This document shows positions 44,174 to 59,030 of a DNA stretch of 64,000 nt, piece by piece. Below the pieces are notes generated by a model that worked only from the letters and a program-made list of their open reading frames with translations, ran no database searches and was not told where the DNA came from. The stretch is taken from contig OZ024740.1 in the NCBI GenBank assembly GCA_964016885.1, forward strand, positions 438,588,001 to 438,652,000, in the 5' to 3' direction. Position numbers and translations under genes: made by a program. Position 1 is the stretch's first letter, and each line of letters opens with the position of its first letter. The stretch is from Eledone cirrhosa. Its lineage: Eukaryota.

Positions 44174-44924
44174 ATATATATATAGAGAGAGAGAGATAGA
44201 TAGGCTTAGCAACTTGTTGGTACGGACGTGAATTGCTGAACGTCCAGATTTGAAATTTTAAATCGACAGTAATCGGTTTTATGTACGGCTGTAATTTTTC
44301 AGAAGACAAGAAAAACATACAAAAAAAAGATAAGTTTTTGTGCTTTGACGCGATTATTTTGACGTATATTTTACATATATTAGCGTTTTAAACATGTTTA
44401 TTTTCACTGTGTGATATTCTCCTAAAAACAACACACACACGTGCCTTCTATCTTTCTTTGACTACCATATAAAGTATAGAAGGCTAGTACGTAATTTAAT
44501 TTTAATTTAACTTAAGTAGATTTTGTATTATTTTGTTTTTTCTGAGTAACATAATCTAATTTAATCTAATTTTATTTATTTTTGACTCGTTGAGCATATG
44601 TGTTTGTTGTTTGTTGTTTGATATATTGATACTACAATAACTATGGTCACTCTATACGGTTCCCGTTATTTATATTTGTAAACAAACATTTGAAATCAAC
44701 TTATATACAACTTACATCGTGTTTCTATATCCTTTAACTTTTGGGGTTTCATTCATTTAATTTGTTTTAGATTTATCTCATTTTATTTTATTTTATTTTA
44801 TCTTAATTTATTCTGTCTCCTTTATATTTCATGTGGAAATCATTTGATGTTCGCTTTGTTTTGGTGTTTTAATCGCGAAATATTCTTTGAACGATATTTA
44901 TTACTAATATTTATAGTTCTTTTT

Positions 44925-47900
44925 GACTGCTCTCTCTCTTTCTGAATTGCTATTTCTCACGCTGTCTCTGTCTCTCTCCTTCTTCCTTCTAGATCACACG
45001 AGCTTTCTCCCCCCCCCCCCCTCTCTCTCTAAATCGCACCTTGAATTTCTCACCGGACTTATCTATCTCCTCTCTCTCTCTAACCCATCCCCCTCACTCT
45101 TCCCGTTATCTCTCTCGCTCCTCTCTTCTGTCTCTCTCCCCTTTCTTTTCTTCTGTTTCTTTTTCTTTTTCTCTCTCTCTAGATCGCACAAGCCCTCTCT
45201 CTCTCTTCCTCTGAATCGCTCCTTAAATTTCTCACTGGACTTATATCTCCCCCTGTCCCTCTGTAACCTCTACCCTACACTTCCCACTATCTCTCTTTCT
45301 CCCCTCCACAGCGAAATGGAGTGCATGCAGGAAAAAGGTGAAATTAGGAGTCAGCGAAACTGGTCAAAGATGGAACTAGCGGTTTTGATCAAGGGGTGGA
45401 CAATGGCTGATGGGTCTCCACCAAGCAAAAAGATGGTGGAGAACCTGAAAAGCCATGGGTTTCTGAGGACCCTGGCACAGATAGAAAGAGAAAAGAAATT
45501 GAGAAGGCCTATGTCCTCATAGCGCCACATATGGCGATGCTAAGCCGTGTCCTCAAGGAGGAGAAAACCGAAGAGAAGGCGGACGAGAGGGAAAAAGAAA
45601 AGGAGAGCACAAGCACGGACCTGAAAGAAAATGAGATACCCTCCGCCACAGTCAGGGAGGGCAGGCCGGGCAACCAACAAGCAAAAGGTAAAATGTGAAA
45701 AGCGAAATCACCTTCCGAAGGAGAACCAAGCGCAGAGGGACCAGTGGACAACTGTTCAAAGGAAGAACAGAAAGCACCGAGACACTGGGAGCAAAAAGAA
45801 ACAAGTAATGTACCAGTTTTTCAAGAACGGGACGTGCTGGCATGGAGAGACAGGGATGGGATGCAGATTCGCCCACCCCAGGTCTCAAACGAACTATGCC
45901 CATCCTACTCGCGCAACATGCCCCAGCCAAAGCCGAAATAAGCCGCTCCAGAAGTATGCTGATGTCGCGCGTGCCGCACCAACAAGGAGAAGGCACGCAC
46001 ATGCCGACAAGATACAGATGGCAGCAGCAGAGCAGAACATTTTTCAGTGATGGCAGAGAAGATTGTGGGACAGCTGACCTGGCTGCATCGTTTCCAGAGC
46101 CAGGGTCACCCACACCAGCACTCGAGATCACCACAGCTAAGGGACCCAGAGTGGCCGCCGTTGACACCAGACCAGGTGTCATACCGACAGCCATTACTGG
46201 CACCCCAAAAGTCACACCAGTGCTGCTGCTGAATGTCAGAGGCCTGGTGAAACTCAGTAACATGAGTAACATTTCCTACTTGAGGTACTTAGCCATAAAT
46301 AATCAAGCATTATGCATGGCACTAACCGAAACGCACCTGACAAGCAGTATAGCAGATGCAGAAATACATATACCGAAATATACTGTATTTCGTTCGGACA
46401 GGAAGGAGAGAACTCATGGTGGGGTTGCTCTGTATATCCGTGAAGATGTCACACCAATTGTACTGTTGACACATTCAAACTCAGTCTGTGACACACTGAT
46501 AGTACATATGAAGCAACTACAGACAGTAATATGTGTCACATATCAGCCTCCCGATGCCCCCAGTCATGAGGGTAAATTTGAGGATAGCCTAAGTAGGATA
46601 GAAGAGGTCCTTGACAAACTGGACCAGGGTCTCAGCATCTACTGCTGGGAGACTTCAACCTACCAAAGGTCAAATGGCCTGAGGGCCACCTCCTCCCTGG
46701 AATGACGTCAATAGAACAGAGACAGGCGGAATCCCTGCTGGCCCTCACACACAGGATGTTCATGGAGCAAACAATACTCCTCCCAACAAGAGGCGAAAAT
46801 GTCCTGGACCTCTGTTTTACAAACAACGAAGTGCTCATCCACAATGTAAAGGTGACACCAACAATTCTCTCGGATCATAACTTAGTAGAGCTAATGATAT
46901 GTGGTCCGAGAGAACCAACAGAGACAAAACCACCAAGAAGCTCCGGGACGTTATCCAGCCTTAACTTCTACAAGGCTAACTAGAAAAAGATTAAGAGAGA
47001 AATCCGAAAGCAAATATGGAGTGAAAACACCGCCACACAAGACACTAACACACAATTTCAACACTTCATGACAACGATACACACTATATGCAAAAAGTTT
47101 GTCCCGGGGAAAAAGGCAAACAGACACAAACAACTTATTCCCAGAGATAGGAAAATCCTTATGAGACGTAGAACCAAGCTCTCAAACCAGTTGAATGTTC
47201 AACAAGAAAACAAAAACAAGAAGGAATCCTATTTGAAATGTGCACTACTTGGCACCGAGATTGCACTCAAACTTTCCCATGAAAATGAGAGGGAAAAGAA
47301 AGAGAACAGGGCCATAGAAAACATTAAAACAAACCCTAAGGCCTTCTTTAAATTTGCAAAAGAAACTGCCTCGGAACACTGCAAGATTGGGCCACTCTTC
47401 CATACGGACGGTTCATTAACCGAAAACCCCCAAGAGATATGTGCAATACTGAACGAACAGTACAAAAGTGTGTTCACATGTCCATTGAGGCACATGCAAA
47501 TAACGAAGCCAGATGAGTTCTTTGATGCCACAACACTACATGAAGAAATGGCGCCCATCAACCACATAGACATAACGGAGGAGGATGTGGTGTACGCCAT
47601 AGATGAAATTAGAACAGACTCAGCTGCTGGACCTGATGGATTCCCAGCAGTTCTCTTAAAACATGTAAGCGGGCTTTAGCAACTCCACTGAAGATGCCCT
47701 TCAGAAGCTCCTTGGCTAGCGGTGTACTACCCAGGGAGCTGAATGAAGGCACAATATGCCCTATCCATAAAGGAGATAGCAGTGCGGACGCCAAAAATTA
47801 TAGGCCAGTCTCCCTGACGTCGCATATCAGTAAGGTCATGGAGCGCGTCATCAGAAAGAAACTAATCACTTTCCTCGAGGAAAATGACCGCCTGACTAGC

Positions 47901-49250
47901 ACGCAATATGGCTTCCGCCCAGAAAGAAGCTGCCTTACACAGCTGCTACATCACTACGACTGGGTACTGAAACAACTACTAGGCAGCTCACATGTGGCCG
48001 TGATATATCTTCACTTTGCGAAGGCCTTTGACATGGTCGACCACGGAATGATATGTCACAAACTACACGGACTCGGCATAACTGGAAAAGTAGGTGAGTG
48101 GCTGCATGACTTCCTAAAGGACAGAAGCCAGACAGTCGCAGCAAATGGGGCCCTCTCAAAGGAAACACCAATAACAAGTGGGGTGCCCCAGGGGACAGTC
48201 CTGGGACTACTACTGTTTTTGGTGGCTCTCTCAGACATGCCCTCTGTAGTACATACAACAACATCCCTCACTAACTATGCTGATGACACTAAGGTAGCAC
48301 GGCAATCAATAACCCGGCTGACGCTGCCCTTTTACAACAAGATCTGGATGCCATATACAAATGGGCGGAAGAAAACAACATGCAGTTTAATGCTGGCAAA
48401 TTCCAAGCCCTACAATACAAACCTCCAAACAAACCTGCAAACACAAATATAGTACAACACAACTACACAGGAACAAGAGGGACCGATATCCCCGTGTCAA
48501 AATCGATACGAGACCATGGCATAGACAAGAGCGATGATGCATCTTTTTCCTCACACATCATGAAAGTGGCGACAATGTGCAGACGACTCGCTGGCTGGAT
48601 CTTAAGGACTTTCCGGACAAGAGACCGAGATACCATGTTGACACTATGGAGGACATTTGTCCTAAGCCGCCTGGACTACTGCTCCCAGTTGTGGTCACCC
48701 CATAGTGTCAAACTAACCACGGAGCTTGAGGCAATCCAGCGAAGCTACACCAAGAGGATTGCCACGACGAAGGAGACAAGCTACTGGGAGAGGCTAAAGG
48801 AACTGAACCTCTTCTCCATGGAACGAAGACGGGAGAGATACGCAGTGATCTACATGAGGAAAATCCTGGAGGGACTAGCACCAAACTTTGGCATTGGGAG
48901 CTGGACCAACCGTCGAACAGGACGTCAGTGTGTGGTGCCAAAGGTCCCGTCTTCCACATCTAGAATAAGGAGCAGGTATTGCAATAGCCTGAGATTCAAG
49001 GGCCCTCAAATCTTCAACAAGCTGCCGAGGGATCGAGAGATTTGCATGACGTGGCAGAAACATCTCGACACCTTGCTATCCAGGATCCCGGATGAGCCCA
49101 CAGCAAGGCACGAGGGAAACCTAAGGGCAGCAGCAACAAACTCCCTCTTACACCAGTGGCCAACCTATACAGGCTGGAGATAAAGGGCGGTGCCCCAGCA
49201 TGGCCTCATCCGGATGGCTGAAACAGGTAAAAGAGTAAAAGATATATATA
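44925..49250 (+). mobile_element. Degraded near-full-length CR1/L2-group LINE (CT-rich 5' UTR, ORF1 remnant, APE endonuclease plus RT)
   Basis: APE motifs LLNVRGL, ALTETHL, GGVALY, LDLCFTN and SDHNLV. RT motifs AGPDG, NYRPVSLTS, QYGFR, SGVPQGTVLG and YADDTK, plus SRLDYCSQLWSP. Multiple frameshifts. Tail gtaaaagagtaaaaga. Confidence 0.88.
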
Positions 49251-49257
49251 TATATAT

Positions 49258-50000
<743 letters not shown>

Positions 50001-50046
50001 GTATATATATATATATATATATACGTATATATATATATATATATAC

Positions 50047-50094
<48 letters not shown>

Positions 50095-50129
50095 GTATAT
50101 ATATATATAGAGAGAGAGAGAGAGATTTT

Positions 50130-51860
50130 GAGTTTATGTTGGTTGTATACCAACACCTCAGTATGCAGGCTGGAGCACTCGACGAAGTGCGCAGGTTGGT
50201 TTGGTTACTCCGGAGTAGTGTAAAATAAAGTTAAATAAAAGTCAAATGATTAAAATTTAGCTTCGTTTATTAGTGCTATATATATTTCAGTGACAGCCAT
50301 CTTTGGCTTTGACCTCTTCAGGCAGTTTGAATTAGTATGGTATAGACAAGTACATATGTTGTTTAGGTGTATAATATTGTCAATACTCTGATATGCCCAG
50401 TTCCTTGTTGGGTTGTTATTTCACTGAGGAACTGGAGTCATATGAATTCAAACAAACAAATTTCAGTGTCAAAGGTCCTCTTCTCCTCTCATTGGTCAGT
50501 TATGAGAACATTCCTCATTCTAAGTGTTGTTATTGTTGGAGTTAGCTTAAAAAATTTATAAAATGGTAGAAGGGACAAGGTGTTAAAGGAACAAAATAAC
50601 AAAAAAAAGTGTCAAACTTCCCATTGGTCAGTTCTGAGAGCATTCCTCAGTCAGAAGTCTCTAGAATTCTTTCTGGGGTGAGGCTCCCTGTAGTGTTTTT
50701 GCTTGCTATTGTTCAGTACATTTGACCTCTACCATTATTTTGGTAGTGTTGTTGGTGTTGTGGTCAGCTTATATCTTGCTGCTGCTAACAATTTAGAAGT
50801 ATCCAGTGTGTGTTTTTTCTTCATCCCTCCTGCCACCATCATAGTGGTGGTGGTGGTGGTGGTGGTGGTGGTGGGTTCTTCCATGTATATGAAGAAATAT
50901 AAGGCAATAAATGAAGAAAACAGAAAATAAATAAATCATATAATAAAATAATTAATATAATTTGTATAATTTGAAAATAAATAAATAAATAGAGAATAAA
51001 GAATAAAGAATAAATGAAAAATTGTTGAAAAAGTAATGAAAATGAATATGGAGAAGTGAGAAATAATGTAGGATAAAGTGTGTGTGTGCTATAACCAATC
51101 TCAAGGTCAGAATATGTTGGATAGATTGGTATGAGACAAGATGTTAAGATGAGATAATCAAACTAAATGTGTTTGTGTGATAATCAATCTCAACTTGAAA
51201 ATAAATATAAGGTGATACAGTGAAGAGGGCAGAAAACAAATAACAAATTAATAAAGAGAAATCAAGATTTAAGATTGGAACTTGAAAATCAGAAATCTAG
51301 TAAATTAAAAGTGTTTGTGTTATATAGATGTTGGCCAAATTATAATGGCTGTGTCCGATTCTATCTCTAGGCTATCATGGTGTCTGCTCAGCCTGGGTTG
51401 TTCCCTATGGCTTGAGGGGAGTTCACAACCTAGGGTGTTGTTACTGCCCAGATAGCTTGAGGGAGGTCTGGCCGAAAGGTGTTTTCATGTTCTGTAGAAG
51501 TCCCTATAGCTAGAGGGGAGTTCACATCTTCTTGTGTTGCTACTGTTCATATATCTTGAGAAAGGTCCCGGCTCTAAGGTGTCTGCATGTCCCGAAGAAG
51601 TCAGTTCTGAGGTTTATCAGGCCGCTTCCACCTCTTAGTATCTCGAGGGTCTCGTTCAGGCATAGTTTGCATATGCAAGATCCCCCTTTATCCGGTGGTA
51701 CTTTCCTGATTAAGTACCAGGCCAGAGAGTATGGGATCCTGTCCAGCTTAAGCTTCCAGATCAGGTCGGAGAGATCTGTGCTTTTCCTTTTGGCCTCCTT
51801 CTTGAATGAATGGCGATGGTTGTACCAGCGGTCTTTAAAGCTCGTTGATGTGGCTCTTAT
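50130..51860 (-). mobile_element. Family F PLE copy (GIY-YIG C-terminus 51540-51860, HHR 50272-50326)
   Basis: Homologous to 6235-7995. Translates to ATSTSFKDRWYNH..CKLCLNE..CRH. Confidence 0.88.
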
Positions 51861-54049
51861 GCACACTCACACACCCACTAACATCAACAAGTCCTGGCAG
51901 TCATTTGTGGACACTGTTACAAACATATGTGCAAAACACACCCCATTAAGAACTATAAACAAATCTAAGAGCAGAATCCCTAGAAATAGAAAAACGCTCA
52001 TCAGGAAAATTAAGAGAACTAACAAAAAAATCAACAAGCTGAAATACTGTCAGCAGCAACACATCAACTTGACTTAAAAAACATAAGCTCCAAAACAATA
52101 TGATGTCTATCATCAACAATCAGAGAAGAGCTGAAGAGGCCTGGACCATTGAGAAGATCAAACTCAATCCCAAAGTGTTCTTTTCATTTAAAAAAAAAAC
52201 ACAAAATCACTGGCTCTACTGTTGGCCCTCTAATTGATGAAAAGGGGACTCTTCAAGACAATTCTAAAACCATGGGTGAGATACTGCAGAAACAATACTG
52301 CTCTGTTTTCAGCAATCCTGATATGGCCGATCTGGGCTGTATCGGCGATGTTACTCCCCATTACACCTTATCGGACATAACGTTTGGCGTCCCTGATGTC
52401 TTAACGGCAATAAAGGAAATCAAGAATAATTCAGCAGTAGGTCCCGATAGGTTCCTTGCTTGTGTCTTGAAGGCGTGTCAACACCAACTTGCATCTCCTC
52501 TTGCCAATCTGTGGCGGAACTCACTGGATGCTGGATATGTGCCAGAAAACCTTTTATCCCAGTCTGTTGTCCCAGTTTTCAAAAAAGGAAACAAATCCCT
52601 TGCCCTGAATTACCGTCCAATCTCACTCACCTCTCATATAATTAAGGTATTTGAGAGAGTGGTGAGATCGCGAATGACTCACTTCCTTGAGAGTAACAAT
52701 ATGCTGAACTCCAACCAGCATGGATTCCGTAATGGAAGGGATTGCCTGTCGCAGCTACTGCATCACTTTGATGCCATTGTGAGAGCCTTGGGAGAGGGTT
52801 CCTACACTGATGTTATCTACCTTGATTTCAGCAAGGCTTTTGACAGGGTTGATCACAACATTCTACTGAGAAAGCTGTCCAATATTGGTGTCACTGGAGA
52901 GCTGCTGCAGTGGACCAAGAGCTTCCTGTCAAACAGAACCCAACATGTTGTAGTAGAAGGAGTCAAATCCAGCCCAGCCAAAGTCAGTAGTAGGGTCCCA
53001 CAAGGCACTGTGTTGGGCCCACTTCTCTTCATCATCTATATGAATGACATCACTGACATCATCAAACACAGCAACATTAGAATTTTCGCTGATGATTCCA
53101 AGCTCCAAAAGGTCTTCAATGGCGTGGATGACCGGATAAGCCTTCACTCAGACCTACTGGCTGTTACCCAATGGGCGGAAAAGAACAACATGTTACTGAA
53201 CGAAGACAAATTCGAACTGATCCACTTTGGAAAAGAGGATGCTCTGAAACTCCCGTACTCCCTTCTCTCCGGTGAAACTCTCGTGGCAACTAACAACATC
53301 AGAGACTTGGGAGTAACCGTGGACAGCAACATAAACTGGGACACGCATATAAGCAGCAAAGTTGACATGGCCCGCAGAATGTGTTCCTGGATCCTCAGAA
53401 CCTTCCAGTCGAGAGATTCCCACACCATTATCCTTCTCTTCTCCACTTTTGCACAACCACACCTTGAATACTGTTGTCCACTGTGGTCTCCCCACACGAA
53501 ACAAAGTATCATGAAACTTGAGGCTCCTCAAAGGGCAATCACGAAAAAGATAGATGGCATGTCAGACCTTGACTACTGGGGTCGATTAGAAAACCTGAAA
53601 CTTTACTCACTCCAACGTCGCCGTGAGCGTTATATTATCTGCATGATGTGGAAAATGTTTCATCAGCACTGCCCACATGATGCTGGCATCACCTTCAAAA
53701 TACAACCAAGGCTTGGGCCCCGAACAAAAATCTAAATCACAACTCATAACAACAATACGGCACAATTATTTCACCTCAATTGGCCCTGCTCTCTTCAGCA
53801 TCACACGAGGACACGTCAAAACAGAAACTGACCACACGAAATTCAAGAAGTCTTTGGACAAATTCCTCCAAGTAATCCCGGACAAACCACCCACACACAC
53901 CCGGATATGTCTCCGAAAACAATAATTCTCTTCTCGAATGGGCCATGGTGCCCAAATCCTGAATTGAAAGACTTCGCCAGGTGGTGCTATTAGGTAAGAC
54001 ATGGCCTGGGCCAATACTGGGCAAAACATTTCAAAGTTATTCAAAGTTA
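51861..54049 (+). mobile_element. 5'-truncated CR1/L2-group LINE (RT ORF 52149-53735)
   Basis: Motifs NYRPISLTS, NQHGFR, YLDFSKAFDRV, VPQGTVLGPLLF, FADDSK and LEYCCPLWSP. Tail (ttcaaagtta)x2, then (TA)n. Confidence 0.9.
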
Positions 54050-54062
54050 TATATATGTATAA

Positions 54063-54145
<83 letters not shown>

Positions 54146-54150
<5 letters not shown>

Positions 54151-54441
54151 AAAAAGAGATGAAATCGAAAATGCTTCTGGAGTCTTATTTTTTTTTAAAA
54201 TATATATATTTATTTGGTTCCTTTATCTCACATCTCATGTGAGAAAAACCACAGATCCTCCATCTCAACTCACCTTTTGAAAAGCAGAAGTACTGCGAAA
54301 CCGGTAAAGGAACCAAATAAATATATATATTTTAAAAAAAAATAAGACTCCAGTTGCATTTTCGATTTCATCTCTTTTTCTTTATACTTTCACTCGTGTA
54401 GGACACCTCAGTTATTTTTCATTTTGTAAAAAAAACCTCAC

Positions 54442-54448
<7 letters not shown>
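54146..54448. mobile_element. Mini inverted pair of Neptune-type pLTR tails with HHR at 54273-54310
   Basis: 54146-54224 is inverted at about 54305-54383. Ends ctcactttctaa(TA)n. Confidence 0.82.
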
Positions 54449-54482
<34 letters not shown>

Positions 54483-55085
54483 TATATATATATATATATA
54501 CGTATATATATATATATATATTTACCCTTTCTAGCAGTCTCTCTCTCTCTGTTAGCCTCTTCCTCACCTTTCACTCACTCATTCTCCTCCTCCCCTTTCT
54601 TCCCGTTTGACCTGTCCGTAATCCTTTTCTCGCGCACTCTTGGCCAAGCCGGTATGAATTTTTTTTCTCTCTCTATCTCTCGTCTGCGACTTCACAGAAC
54701 TTATGTTTACCGAATTCGCAGACCAGACCCCTTCTTCCTCCCGTTAGACCTGTGCGACATTCCTTCCTTGCTCACATTTCAACCAGGTTTGATGGTCTTT
54801 ATTCTCTCGTTCCCGATTCCACCGAATTTATATTCATAGAAATCTGGGACTTGTTTATTTCTTCATCACTTTCTGTTGCTTAAACCATTTTGTTTGTTTA
54901 CCCTAGCGTCCCCTTTATTTACGTGTCCCAACGACTTTTTTTAGCCGTTGCTCGCACCAACCTGAGGTATATGGCCTTTAAAGCGATGAAATGCCTACGA
55001 CGGTTGGAAGGCCACTGATGAAGGACAAACTTTTTCATATGTAACCCATTTGCAACGCCGCAGCTCCATTATTATCATATTTACA

Positions 55086-55120
<35 letters not shown>

Positions 55121-55128
<8 letters not shown>

Positions 55129-56022
55129 GGATACTATTTATGGTTATGTATATACTAAAACTTTTTATAGTTATATATATTTTAAACCCTAAACAATGAA
55201 GGTCAGTAATTTATTACTACCTTATTACCAGTAAGATAAATAGCTCAATGTAATAACATCAGTTGTTCTACAGAGCAGTTATATGGAATTCACAAGAATC
55301 AAAGCTATGTTCAAAGCATTTATTCACTTACAATTGTTTCATCCAAACCTAGGCTTGGAGTCTTCGGAGCATTTTTCAATGTTTGTACACATGATTGACC
55401 TCCTTTCCAACGCAAGAGACATACATATACATATGTATATATTGATGTACAGTGGAGTGACATATATTATATTATATTATTTCCGTATATCAATTCAAAT
55501 TCAAAGTCAGAATCAATATCAAAATTAAAACAAAATTAAAACAAATTAAAATACATTCGGCAGTTAACATAGATAATGCAAGAGGATAGTTTGTTAGTCA
55601 GATGTAGTAGTTTTTGTATGCGTTAGTTACGAGTGTCTCATTTATATATGATTATTGTGTGGCAAGGTGTTACAGGTAATACAAGCACTTTACGTGGGTA
55701 AGTAAGAGTATTATGGAGGTTGTATTGGTAAGGTATTTTTTGTATATAATAAAAAAGTATGTGTGCAGAGAAATAGAAATAGAAAGGAGAAGCAAAAGAG
55801 AGTTATGGTTTTCGTATCCACCACCATTTTCACATTCAGGAAAAGTAATATATAGTTTATATATCCAACAGATAATTAACGATGATTCCGTATTGGATGT
55901 TTGATGCATTAAATTTAAATTATTCTAGCTTATTGCGGCTCAGTGTTCTTTAATCCAAGTTTATAGAGTCGGTTGTTTCTGCTGCGAGAATTTACATCGG
56001 TTTATTATCCGGAAATATGTGT
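55121..56022 (-). mobile_element. PLE-like tail with HHR at 55325-55371 (U4C)
   Basis: Minus strand reads tgct-CCGAAGA-c-tccaa..ttgga-t-GAAA-caattg-TA-agtg. Confidence 0.6.
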
Positions 56023-56288
56023 GTCACACACAGAAACAAGATGGCGTAGGACAGAACAAAGGAGAGGCACAAAAACAAAGAAAAGAATCCCCAGTCACTG
56101 AAGAGGTCACAGAATGTGTGACGAACGAACTTTGACAATATATAAACAACCATCTGGTTGTGGAACCAACAAACCAACCGGAAATTTATAGATTCCTAAA
56201 TTTATAAATTTATTATAATAAATTGAAGTGAAACATGTGGTGCGTGTGCTTCTTATTGGCAACATGACCCTCCCAAAGTATAACAACA
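56023..56288 (+). mobile_element. Family K tail with degenerate HHR at 56094-56136
   Basis: Homology to 18040-18288. Confidence 0.8.
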
Positions 56289-56303
56289 TATATATGTATA
56301 TAC

Positions 56304-56394
<91 letters not shown>

Positions 56395-56692
56395 GTGTAT
56401 TGAGTTCAAATCTCAAGCATTCCTTTACAATGAAAATAGCTCCAAGAAAAGAATATTTCTGAACCGTGTAATAAATATAAATCAATATATATGATGAAAC
56501 ACAGATACCAACATATCTTTGTTTATATTGCAAAAGGAATAAAGTTAGCTAGAATGAAATATACTAATTATAATATTACAGCCTGCCTACATCGATTTAA
56601 AATAATAAATCAACACAAACAAACAGTATTGGCAAATGGCCATGGTGTTTAGACAAATTTAAATTTCGAAATCAAACCTGTTCCGTAGATAA

Positions 56693-56768
56693 GTTTAAAC
56701 TTTAAAATCCAAATATGTTTCGAGGTAAATAAGTGTAAGGATATCATGTCCCGCTCTCTTCAGTAAAC
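56693..56768 (-). ncRNA. Degenerate hammerhead-like motif
   Basis: Minus strand reads gttta-CTGAAGA-gag..ctc-GAAA-c...g-TT-taaac. Stem III is weak. Confidence 0.45.
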
Positions 56769-56820
56769 ATCCAGAACAAATTGATATGCTTCACTTCCAT
56801 CATATATATTGATTTATATT

Positions 56821-56895
<75 letters not shown>

Positions 56896-56955
56896 TGTAA
56901 ACATATATATATATATGTATGTATATATATATATATATATGTATGTATATATATG

Positions 56956-56994
<39 letters not shown>

Positions 56995-57029
56995 GTATGT
57001 ATATATATATATATATATAATATATATAT

Positions 57030-57401
57030 ATAATGTAAAACAATATATTTTTCTCAGTTATAAAAGCTATCTCTCTCTCTCTATCTCCCATCTCTCCTCC
57101 TATCTCATCCTTCCTCATTATACTCCTCCCCCTCCCCTCTTTACTCTCACCTCCTCCTCTTTTTCATCCTTTACAACCCCCCCCCCCCACCTCAACATTT
57201 TTTTTGCCAATATCACACATCAATCTAAAACTACTTTTCATATGTTGATTTAAAACTGAACTATCCACAAGTGTTTTTTAACCTTCATATCATGTCTTCC
57301 TATTTTATCTGATGAAAACACAAATGTTATTGCATGATGATATTTGTTTTTGAAATGCGCATAATAAAATACATGGAACTCTTTTAACCATCTTTTGATC
57401 T

Positions 57402-57410
<9 letters not shown>
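57030..57410 (+). mobile_element. Family H tail with HHR at 57303-57369
   Basis: Homology to about 21275-21628. Confidence 0.82.
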
Positions 57411-57463
<53 letters not shown>

Positions 57464-57466
<3 letters not shown>

Positions 57467-58063
57467 AGGTCACTAGATGGTGCTACTGGTAACATGTATC
57501 CCAGTACAAGCTCTCTCATGGTCGGGTCGTTGGCGAATAAACCTGCAACCCCACCAAGGTTTCTTGGGTGACTAAGGACATCCTGCAGGACTAAAAACAA
57601 AACCTGTCAAAGGGCAAAGGATCTCTTAAGAGTCAATGGCCATCCAAAATTACCAGGTGAGATGACTCCTTAGCCTTTGTCAAGGCAGAATTCTAGGAGA
57701 AGGAAAACTCTGATATAACACCTGCAACCCTGATGGTATCCAATGATGTTGACTTGTTCTTCTTTTTGGTAAATATCATCTTGGTTAAGAGAGTGGTACT
57801 GGCTTTGTGCAGTGCCTTTGCTCACTATAAAAGCTTCACAGCACAGGCATTGCTTTATATCTGGAGATCTCTCTGCACTTGTCATCACATGGTACCATGG
57901 GCCCAGCAGTATATGTCAATAATTGTCACAGGTGTAGTGTTTGTACCAGAGTTTTCAAGTCGCTGGCTGGACTAAAAAGTCACACTCGTTCAGCGCATCG
58001 GTAGGGGTTCTCCTACATGGATATAAGCTAGTAGCCTTACTCGAAAACGAGTTGGCAGCCACC
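57464..58063 (+). mobile_element. Second copy of the 9124-9697 repeat
   Basis: Reverse-complement homology. Ends gagttggcagccacca(TA)n. Confidence 0.7.
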
Positions 58064-58117
<54 letters not shown>

Positions 58118-58144
58118 TTATGTGTAAACATATATATATATATG

Positions 58145-58185
<41 letters not shown>

Positions 58186-58188
<3 letters not shown>

Positions 58189-59030
58189 TAAACGGAATAG
58201 AAAATGCTGACAAATTGTTCACCGTTGAAAAATGGTTTAATTAGGAATAAAAGAGTATTAGTAATTGTATGGGTTAGTATTCAGTTGTGGTTTTAAGTTT
58301 TTAAGTTTTTACCGGTTGCGCATCTCTAAATGCTTTTCAAAAATTATTTTGAGATAGAGTGTCCGTGCTGTTTGCTCTGATCTGATTAGTTTTGGGAATT
58401 CTACCTGTTTTTATGTTAAAAAACTGGCTCCAGCGCTACTTTGGTGTCGCAAAAATTCTTGTGGTCAAAACAATTTTGATTGGTCGGTAGAGGTCATGTG
58501 AATGTAAAAAATTGATTTTGCGCCAAGACTGTTTTTATGTTAAAAAAAGTGGCTCCAGCGCTACTTGGTGTTTGCAAAAATTCTTGTGGTCAAAACAATT
58601 TTGATTGGTCGGTAGAGGTCATGTGAATAAAAAATTGATTTTGCGCCAAGACTGAGAAATGACTCTTTCACAACAAATGTGTGTGTGTGTGTGTAGTAGT
58701 AGTAGTAAGGTGTTCGATGTTGTGATAATGGTTAGCAGGGATGTGTGTCAAATGGCTATTAAGATAAGTGTGTGTGTGTGTGTGTTCTTCTGCTTTTCAA
58801 AAGTTGAGAAGGAGGGTCTGTGGTTTTTCTAACATCTGGTTGGTCTCTGAATGTTACTTGTTTTATATGGAAAAAGTGGCTCGAAATGCCAGGTTTTTCG
58901 AGAAGTAATTTGATTGGTTGGTCAATAATTATAATAAATTTCGCGCCAGTTCGCGTTACAAACTTCTTCAAACAAGGGGGAGGGTGGTCACAGTTTGTTT
59001 TTTCATATATGAGTGTTTGGATTTTTTGGG
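58186..59030 (-). mobile_element. Neptune-related tails: a divergent relative with HHR at 58307-58343 and a tandem duplication of about 120 bp, then a Neptune pLTR fragment at 58783-59030
   Basis: Minus strand reads ttt-TTGAAAA-gcat-ttagag-atgc-GCAA-ccgg-TA-aaa. 58783-59030 matches about 22440-22690. Confidence 0.7.

Noticed and set aside
44923-45315. Leu/Ser/Pro-rich ORF start suggesting a membrane protein
   Set aside because: It is the translation of a CT-rich LINE 5' UTR.
54970-55045. tggcctt/aaggcca stem followed by CTGATGA (possible type II or III hammerhead)
   Set aside because: No correctly placed GAAA or stem III could be found.
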